A stretch of 42,615 nucleotides of DNA from Klebsormidium nitens. Its lineage: Eukaryota > Plantae > Klebsormidiophyceae. The stretch lies in assembly GCA_000708835.1 (NCBI GenBank), contig DF237656.1, positions 1-42,615 on the forward strand, written 5' to 3'. Every line of letters starts with the position of its first letter. The first letter of the stretch is position 1. The notes beneath the pieces were generated by a model that ran no database searches, had not been told where the DNA came from, and was given only the letters and a program-made list of their open reading frames with translations. Below, in pieces: positions 12,552 to 21,900 of the stretch. A program made the translations under genes and the position numbers.

Positions 12552-13505
12552 CACGCCCTTAGTACAGTTGCAAGTGTAGATAGTCGTTTATGCAATGTGT
12601 CATGCATGGCATCCGTGCAGCAAGTCGACTGCTCGGCTTTTTGAGAGTATTTGAGCTTATGAGCTGAGATTATGGTTGGTTCTTTCTCGAGTCCGACCAT
12701 CTCCAATGACGGAGAATGTAAGGTCGTAGGTCGCTCTGCAATCGATGTTATTGTTAGGTCCATGCAACAGAAAAGTGCGTTCCTCCCCTCTCTTGATACT
12801 GTTCGTATATTGAGAAGATCTTTTCATTTTCGATATTTGCTGCCAGTAAAGGATTGTAGACAGGACCGGCCGGTATCAATCATTAGAGGTGACAAAGTTC
12901 TCAATCAACAGAGACGTACTCTCTTAATTGTACAACATAGAGCCGGAGGTAAGATTGATACAACCTGCTACACTAGACTGTCGGTCTGAAAGACCTCCAC
13001 CATGGGCTTCTTGTCATCCTGCATGTACGTTGCTAGCTCATGCCCGGCCAGGCCGCAAATGATCGAATCGGATGAGTCCCTAGCTTATAATCTGACACAC
13101 ATGCGGTACAAAGCGTCTGCGAGGTTGCATGAACGTTCGGAGCATTACCAACTCGATTGTTTCTCAGGTGGCATCAACGTCACCTCTATCAGTATTATAT
13201 GTTCCACGTACGTTGTACGTAGCAAACATGCATGTAAGCAGAGAATCGATGATTGCATGATTCAGCCGCGACACCGTGTATTACCGTCGGGTGACGCATG
13301 CATCAATCACAAGAATAGTGCGAAAAGCCATGGCACCGGTTCGGGCGACGACGTGCGCCTTGATTGGCCGGTCCGACAATCAAATGTGCTCCCCTTCCTT
13401 AGTATTATGGCTTTGAACGAACAATCTTGTAACTGAAATTTATTGCTTCCGTTCTTCACACGTACTTGCAAACGCTGTAGCTGGAAATCTAAGAAGGAGG
13501 ACACT

Positions 13506-14761
13506 TTACTTCAGATTGGACCTTGGCAGGAGGCCTTTCAGCCAGTCTTTCAGTTCTGAATCCCAGGGTGCGACATTGAAAAGATCAGGGAGCCATTTTT
13601 TCGATTACATCCCTCTGCTGCTCCTGAGGAAGAGTGCCGAGCACTGCTCGGACGTCTGCCAGGATTCGCTGCTCTTGTTCGACATCCTCGCTTGTGCCCT
13701 GGTTTCCAGGTCTAGGTGGTATCCACAAGCGAAGGACACCGGCCCTATTCTCAAGCGTAAGGAGAGGTCTGCCCTTTCTAATGGTTGCGATGAGATCCTG
13801 ATAGAAATGAAGGAGGTATGCACGTCTGACCAACTCGAATCTTTTCGCCTCTGGGGCAAAAAGCTTCCCTGATATGGTGTTCCTTGTGTCCTCAAAGGCC
13901 TTCATCAGTGACGACATGTCAGCACCGCTCACGATTGCCAAGTCTGTCAGCAGCCAGAGTCTTTTTAGGAGCATTTCGAGACGTTGATGACAGCTTGGTG
14001 AACGCTCATAGTAGTCAAACAGCTGCCTTTTCAAGCACTCAAAGTTGCCTTTCAAACTCTTCAGAAGGTTGCTGAAGCTGAAAGCACCCTCCTTGAATAG
14101 CGCTACAGCAGTTGGTCTCAGCAAGTCAATCTGGTCTCCCAACGTCTCAAGCATTGCATCCCAGATATTTTGTCTGAAGACATCAGTCGGCTTGGCTGGA
14201 GCTAGCCGTTCCTGTAACAGCTTTGCCCCAGCGCACATCTCTTGTTGGCTCAGACCTTGGACAAAACCCCGCTCCTCTGCGGTCCATGGCACAGCCAGGA
14301 TATATTCAAGAGCATACTCTTGCAGGAGAACAATCTGCAAGTGGTTGGCAGCCTGAAAGACTTCTACTCATCTTGTACGGTGGCAAAAGGAGGCTCCCTC
14401 CAAACCTTGAAATCGCCACTCACTGACTCATACAGAAGCTCAAAGGCTCGTGCGTATGCCTTGACGTTGCTGCAGTCTTTCAGCGTTACCCCCCTCTTTA
14501 GTCCCCTGTGGTCTGCAAGTCCTCTTTTGCAGACCATCTATCTGAGAGGAGCGTTTCAAAGAACGCGCTGTGCTTCTTCAACAGCTTGCTGTGCAGAAAG
14601 AGAGTCACCGCTTCCGGCGTGCCAGGGGTGCTTGTTGCTCCTGCCTTGGCTGACTTCGGCTCACGTTCCTCTGATTGGAGCGTGAGTAAGAGGTCTGAGC
14701 TGAGCGGATCGTTGAATGCGAAGCCCTCCATGCTCGGAGAATCGGACGACGCTTCCGCCAT
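13506..14761 (-). pseudogene. Intronless BTB/POZ-domain gene (resembles the plant At3g05675/At1g63850-type family) interrupted by three frameshifts; pseudogene or sequencing errors
   Basis: The start MAEASS...FNDPLSSDLLLTL...LFLHSKLLKKHSAFFETLLSDRW is BTB-like. It continues after a shift at ~14500 (VTLKDCSNVKAYARAFELLY), a shift at ~14367 (VEVFQAANHLQIVLLQEYALEYILAVPW...LGTLPQEQQRDVIEK) and a shift at the T6 run 13596-13601 (WLPDLFNVAPW...NLK*). No splice sites repair the frame. Confidence 0.65.
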
Positions 14762-15953
14762 CTGTCCTGGCTCTAAAACTCTTGCTAAAGACCTTACTAA
14801 GTTTATTGATTCAGATTCTTACAAGTGATCAAGTGAGACCTTCCCCCAGCATTTTCACGAAGTTCTGCTAACGCCGCGGCCACGCGCGCCCGCCTGAGTC
14901 CATCCCTTGAACCCAAACCCTGTCGCTCGCGTCTCGCGCGCGCGCTGCGCAACCGTCACCTCGGCCGGCCGGCCGCGCGGCCGCAAGGGCGGCGGCGCCC
15001 CCCGCCTGAAAGGTCACTGAAACTTCCGCTTATTCTCATCCGTCTCTCGACCACTGAGCGGGGAAGAACGGGGCAGTCTAACCAGTCCTATACGGTGCTA
15101 AGCAAGTTGCCGGCGTTTGCTCGAGCAATGCTCCCGATAGAGTCACACGAATGAGCAGGAGCTAGCATAAGGTTTTTCCTCAACGAATTTGTACACTACA
15201 ATTGCGTTGACATGATATTGAACGCTACGTAGCTTGGTCGCACGTCTGGCAAGGAGGCACTGCGAGCTTTGATCTGGGGCATTGCCAATCTGCCTCTGTT
15301 ACTTACTGTCGTGGGTTTTAGCAAAGAGTTGATCACTGCTGTGGCGAACGCGTACGCCATGTCGATCATCATCATGTGTAAAACCCGTTTGCGAGCCGTG
15401 AGGCCAGTAACCAGACGGGTTTGGAACATAGTGCTTTCATCGCCCTTAAATGTGGAGTACTGATCGAAGCTAGTTAGTTCTCGAACCACGATGCTCTGCC
15501 AAGAGAGGATTCGGCTGAGTGACGACCTGTCCCTGAGAATCATATCAGCTTCCGCCAAAGGTGGTTCGTTTCCCAATAATTCGTTTATTTCTCTTTCAGA
15601 ATCCGAATGTCTTCTGCAAGGCGCATGGTTCTGCTGTTTGACGCATATAAATCTTTTGACGTCTGTGTCATCTCCTAGGGTCTGCTAATCATGTGGGCCG
15701 ATTTCGTCTTAATATTTCGTTCTGTACACTCGGCACAAATCTGCACGTAACGCACAGCTTTCTAGTACCCTGGTTGGTACCGCAATAAAATCTGTCAATC
15801 ACTCTCTGCACTGCGTTCGTTTCAGCAACGTTCGTTTCAGCAAGGTCTATCCATTAGCTCCTATATTTTGTATTCGGTAACTTTATGCACAATGGTCACT
15901 AATTCTTTGTCCTCTCAAGCCGCAGCTTGAGTGCGCGCGCAACTTTTCTCTAT

Positions 15954-18900
15954 CTACAAAAGCGCACTGAGGAACACGGCCATGATGGTCGCTACTGTAC
16001 ATAGCGCGCTCGCGGCCGCGCGCGCGCGCGCGCCGCCCGTCACGAAAGCCTTCAGACCAATCGCCTGCGTGATGTTCGTACCGATCCGGAACTGGCAGTA
16101 CTCGTGAGAGGGATCGACGGTTGTCAGCTGTGCTGCGCCGTTGAAGACGCACGCAGCAGGGTCCTGGCAAAGCGGAAAGAGAGCGGCTCTTTTTGCAAAA
16201 ATAGTTCTCAAGGCGATGCTGACTTAACAAAACCGCATCGAAACAATCAAAGTTTGAAGATGCTGGACCAAGGAAACGTCCGAGAGCCTTCGGAGTGTCC
16301 GCAATGTGTCCCTTAGACTGTCTTGTGATTTCGAGAACGAAACTTCAGAAAGGCTCCCTTTCCGCAGTCAACTTCAGGAATATGAGGCTCCGCATCTTGT
16401 TCTTCGCACATCGCAGAAGTCAAAAAATGAGTTCAATGAATCCAGTCCGTTCCGCCCCATACCTGCTTGTTCCGCTGGTAATAGTCGTTGAATGCATACG
16501 AGGCGTGGGCGGAAACCGTGTTCGGGTAAGAGCACGATCCACCGTCATTGATGTCAGCGCACTTGGCGCCCCCCGCGCCACAAGCCCATTCGATGGCGCT
16601 TCTGCATAGACGGACACATCAAGTCTGGCCACTTGGACGGAAGGGACGCATGCTGCCAACCCTTGGACAAGATTTGAAAGAAGCGGTTTCCGAAAGGTTC
16701 TAACGCGAACGATCCGGCCTTGGTCAGTGGAACAAGTGCAATCTCCTCAATGGTTCCTTGCAGAGAGGAACACGCACAGAAATACAGCGCTTCTCGAATA
16801 TTTGAGATCCATCTGGCAAAGCAACCCTGCCGAATATCGGCATCGCGATCCATGCGAGGTGCGATTGCAGCCGGGAACTGGAGAAACGAAAACCTGGCCA
16901 AACGTCGAGAAGCGAGGCTCTGCCTCGCGCCGAACTGAGTCGCTGCTTCGCCTCGTCGATCTGCTTTCTAAGAGAGAGGTGGCAAGCCCCTTTCGTTCGC
17001 CGTCTGTTCACACCGTTTACAAGGATAACATATGCACCCCTTGCACAGCCTGTAAAAATTGCAGCGGGAACTCACTGCAGTTGCGCACTGGTCGCGTTGT
17101 CCCGCGCGACGCACCACTGCTTCGCGAGGCCGAGCGCCTGCACGCCGCCCGTGCCCGCGAAGTCTAGCGCGTACTTCGGGCTCCCCTGAAACGGTGAGGA
17201 AAAGAGGACTCGTTAGGCTAGCCCGATAGAAGGGACGAAAGTAGCGAGGAGAGTAATCTGAGCGACGTCTGATGCGTACTTGGGGCTCCAATGAAACAGC
17301 GAGCAAGAGGGAAATCTTTAGGTTAGCCCAACAGGATCAGCGAGAAAGGCGAAGAGAGCATGCCAAGCGAAGTCTAGCGCGTACTTCGGGCTCCACTGGA
17401 ACGGTGAGCAAAAGGGGAATCTTTAGGCTAGGCCGACAGAAAGAGTGAAACTAGCAAGGAGACTAATCTGAGCGACGTCTAGCGCTTGCTTTGGGCACCC
17501 CTGAAACAGCGAGCAAAAGGGGAATCTTTTGGCCAGGCCGACAGAAAGAGCGAAACTAGCGAGGAGACTAATCTGAGCGACATTCAACGCGTAAATTGGG
17601 CACCCCTGAAACAGCGAGCACACGGAGAGCCTTTAGGCGGTCCTGAAAGGAAGACTGACATGGGCGACGAAACCAACGTGTCCGTTAGAGGTGCCGGAAT
17701 GTCCTGAAGTTTCAATTCAGGAGTAGAGTACTCCAAATGCATCGACCGCAGCCTTTCAGGAAAAACCACTGGCAGCAAGTTTAGTGTGCGACTTTGAATG
17801 GTTCGCGCAGCAGAAACTTCAAAAGCAACAAGATTCCCCGCGCAACCAAATCGCCCAACTCGACAAACAATGCTTTTGTCACCCATCCCAGTCAACCTTT
17901 GTTCCAGAAACAAGCATGAAAAGGTCTTGCTAAGCCGAGTGATCGCTGCACTCTGTCAATCACAGTCCAGAAAGATACTACGCAAGCGACTAATGCGCTC
18001 ACCGTCGCGTCAAAGACGCCCCAGTGCGGCTCAAAGTCACCCGCGCTTGTGGACTTCTTATCCTCGTCCAGCAGCTCAAACACGTAACAGCCCAGGATCT
18101 GTCTTGGTTTCAGGGGGGTCCCCGTGCCGCTCAGACAGTGGCGAATGACCCCCCCGTTGAACTCCTGGGCGTTGGCCACGGTCGCGTACACGTGGCCGCT
18201 CGTCGGCCAGCCAACCTGACGTCGAAAGAGATGAGAGTTCAAGCGGGTGAGGTAGGAATCGACGACGGAAATGTGGAAGGTGAATTGAATTGCAACCTTG
18301 CCGTATGCTGACTTGGTGCTAAAGTCCGTCGTTCATTGGAAACGTCAGCCTTGGCCGAATGGATCCAACGCCCGACAATGAGACGTGGCTAGCCCCGTGG
18401 ATAGCTTTTTGGCAGTGAAGGTGCAAGCCTCCGTCGTTGCCACGGTTGTTGAAAGAGGGCCACAGGCATCGGTCATGATGAATTTCCGTGTCTTGTCTCC
18501 ACTTTGCGCAAGGAATGCTGCCTGTTCGGTTTTCGCCGGTTTGGAAGCTCAATCGGAACTTGTCAGGCGGCTTTCAAAGACTCGCGCGTTCCTTCAAAAA
18601 CATGGGCGGAAGACTCGAGAATCCAAGCAAGAGTTTCAACGTCGTTTCTGCACGAGGCAAAACTAGAGCGGGGACTTGCCTCGCCAACCAAAAGCGGCAT
18701 GTTGGGATAGCCGGTCCCGTTGAGCGCGTAGTAGACGGCATCTAGCATGGCGTCAAACATGTTGGTGTACAACAGCCCGGAGCCCCGGTCGAACCACCCG
18801 AGCTCCTCGCGGAACATAAGCTCTTCTACCGGCGGCGGATATTGCTGCAGATTCACGAAAAGAGTTGGTAAGAAACAGTACCCAGAAATTCTCCAGGTTT

Positions 18901-21900
18901 TATTCATTACTGAAATGTTGTTTTGGGAGACTATCCAGGGGATTGGTGTCAGGATTCTGAACCGGCCCATATACCCGGTCAGACCAACCGAGCTCCTTAC
19001 GAAACATGAGCTCTTGGACCGGGGCCGAGTATTGCTGCAGTTTAGGAATTCGAGTGGTACAAAGCAACCTAATCTGCCACAGGCTCAAAGTCACTGAAAA
19101 AGCCTCCTCGGAAGTGATCTGGTCTACCGAGGGAGGGATCGAGACCGAGTTGAAGTGAACCAGATGCACTCAAGAGGCCTCGGAAGAACATCCCGAGCTC
19201 CTCAGAGACACAAACTCTTTCACCGAGATTGATCATCCGAAGCTCAACTATAACATTGCGATCGATGGAAATGCTCCCGTAAAAAAAAGGATTCTGCAAT
19301 CTACAAAGTATGTCAAGGAGAAGCATCAAACGTTTCTGGTAGAATCACCGGACGTCCTTGCGAAACACGCGTCCTTCTATCTGGCCAGAACTCTGCTACG
19401 AGTTGAGAAACCGTCTGCAAAGCTTATCGTTTTCTGCCACTCAACGCGCACCCGCATCACTCAAGGAAGCCAAAATTGAGAAGCTTTTGGTAGAAAGCCT
19501 TATGCTGCCAACAAACGTTCTTCACCAGGTTCGCGGCAACTAGGAATGGGCAGAAGTTGGCCACGCTTACCTGTTTTGCCAAAACAATGCACCCTTCGAC
19601 CAGGAAACCAAAGCAGGCAATTAAGTTATCATTCTTCTCTCCAGGTACGCGGCAACTAGGAAGGGGAAGATGTTCACCGCGCTTTACCTGGTTTGGCGTT
19701 GACCCGCACCCTTCAACCACGAAATCAAATCAGGCACGATATAAATTTTCTCACCAGGTACGCGGCAACTAGGAACGGGTAGACATTGACCGTGAACCGC
19801 GAGCCCGTGGATTGGATGAGCTGCAGGATTGGTCGGTACAGCTCCTTGAGGTCCGGCTTGAAGGCGCCCGCCGAGGGGGGGTACGACGCGGCCAGGTCGC
19901 CAGTGTTAACCTGGGGTGAACGGAAGCGGGTTAAGAAAGATGACAGTGACAAAGCGAGTTTCGGAGACGAGGCGTGAAGGCGTCTGTGAGGGGGGGATGC
20001 GACGCGGCCAGTTCGACAGCGTTAACCCCAGGGTTAGAGGAAACGGGTTAAATAAGGCCGCAATAACAAAACGAGTTTTGGGAGCTGAGGCGTCAAAGGC
20101 GCCCGCCGAGAGGGGATAAGACGCGGCCAGGTCGCCGGTATTAACCTGGGGTTAGCGGAAGCGGGTTACGGACTTTACAAAACTGGTTGAATAACGGCAG
20201 TCTCCAACAGGTGTCGGAGGGGAACGGTGCGGCCAGGTCACTGATGCTGACCCGAGGTTAAGGGAAACGGATTAAGAACTACCGCGGGTTTGAGAGATGG
20301 TGCCGGCGCTTAAACAGAGCGTTACTATTTTTTGATCACGTGACTATAATTCGCGGGGAATCTATCTTCGAAGTGCTACGACACCGATTTCGCTCCGCCG
20401 CCGCTCGACGCTCTGTCGAGGAGACGAGCCCTTCCTAAGAGTAGACAAAACCATCCGGACGCAAGGGGCTATTTCTCCGCTCTCGTTTGGTCGGCGAAGA
20501 ACGAATTCTTTCTGGGTCTACCCTTCGACCCACCGACAAGTTGCGCCAGATGCTGTCATTCAGAAGTCATGCAAAAAGTCATTAAGAGCTGCTTAGAAGT
20601 GGCTTCCGTGTCCTTTGTGATAACTTGTTCTCAGCAGAATCTGGCGAAGCCGTCTAGAGGCTGCCCAGAAACGTTCCAGCTTTACCAACAGCCGTGCCTT
20701 AGGCGGTCCGGAGCTTTTCGAAAGCTGTGCCGAATCTGTGGGAGTTTTAAGAAGCTCTCCCTGCAGCTCGCCAGGGAGTATCAAACGCTGTCCGCAACAT
20801 GTCCAGACACTAAATGGGCGCTTCTAAGAGCTTTTTGGACGCTGTCCAAAGTAAGAAGGCGAAATTTGTCCGAATCAGTCCTCACCGGAGTGGTCACCTT
20901 CACGGTGCCGTCCGAACGCCGTTTCTCACTTTGACCGTGTCGTCGGAAAGGCGCTGTGTGATTGTTGTAAATAGTGTCCGAAAGCGTCCAGGACTCTCAC
21001 TGGGCCGTCCGAACGGCGCTATGTGAACGCGGTAAACAGTGTCCGAGAGCGTCCGGGATTCTCAACGGTGTGGCCACCATCAACGTGCCGTCCGAACGCC
21101 GCTTTGGGAACACTGTAAACGGTGTCCGAAGGCGTCCGGAAGTCTCACCGGGGTGGTAACTTTCACAGTACCGTCCGAACGGCGCTTTGTGAATGCTGTG
21201 AGCAGTGTCCGAAAGCGTCCGGAAGTCTCACCGGGGTGGTAACTTTCACAATACCGTCCAGGCCCAGCTCCCTGAGGCAGTCGGCGATGTTTTGCATCGC
21301 CGGGTACAGCGTGTTCAGATACGCGCCCTGCGCGCGCGTTGAGAGGATTGAGCGTCTTTTGAATAGGAAAGCCCTGTCAGCTTTTCTTGCTGCTTCTTCT
21401 CGCCGCGTGATAGCTTTGGGCGCTCGAGCTGTAGTCAAGAAAAGAGCTGCACTGCTTAAGGTGATGCTTTTCCATTGTGAGAAAGCTCCAGTGACGCTTT
21501 CGACTTGGATTGCTTCGTTTCGATTGTGGAGCTCTTGGGTTGCATGTTCAGGCCGGAATTTTGGATTCAGTCGTTCCTGACCACGGGACGTAACTCTCGT
21601 GTTCGTTTCGCTCTCGCCAGAATCGACCAACTAATGAATGCAATCAGTCAGTCCGCCTGCTGAATGCAACACACCCTAAGCTAAAGGCTGAACAAGAACT
21701 GGATCTGATCAGCGAGAAACGCCTCCCCCGTGCTACTCACGTTATACCAGGACCCGAAGGCCTCGTTTCCGACAGCAACTCAACAGATGTTCACGCCCCC
21801 CGGGGATGATTATACCCCAGAACCTCTGAACCTCTGAATCTCGAAATCCAAATTAACCCCAATTCATGCAAAACCGCGCGCTACTCACGTTGTACCAGGA

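Noticed and set aside
15196-15576. 126-aa minus-strand ORF between the GH17 and BTB genes
   Set aside because: No recognisable domain, weak codon bias and no splice context.
21253-21255. Alternative model with a donor at GAC G|GTATTG and an echo serving as a micro-exon for VKVTTP
   Set aside because: No AG precedes the echo units in the needed phase, and the exon already reads through in frame to CCG|GTGAGA.
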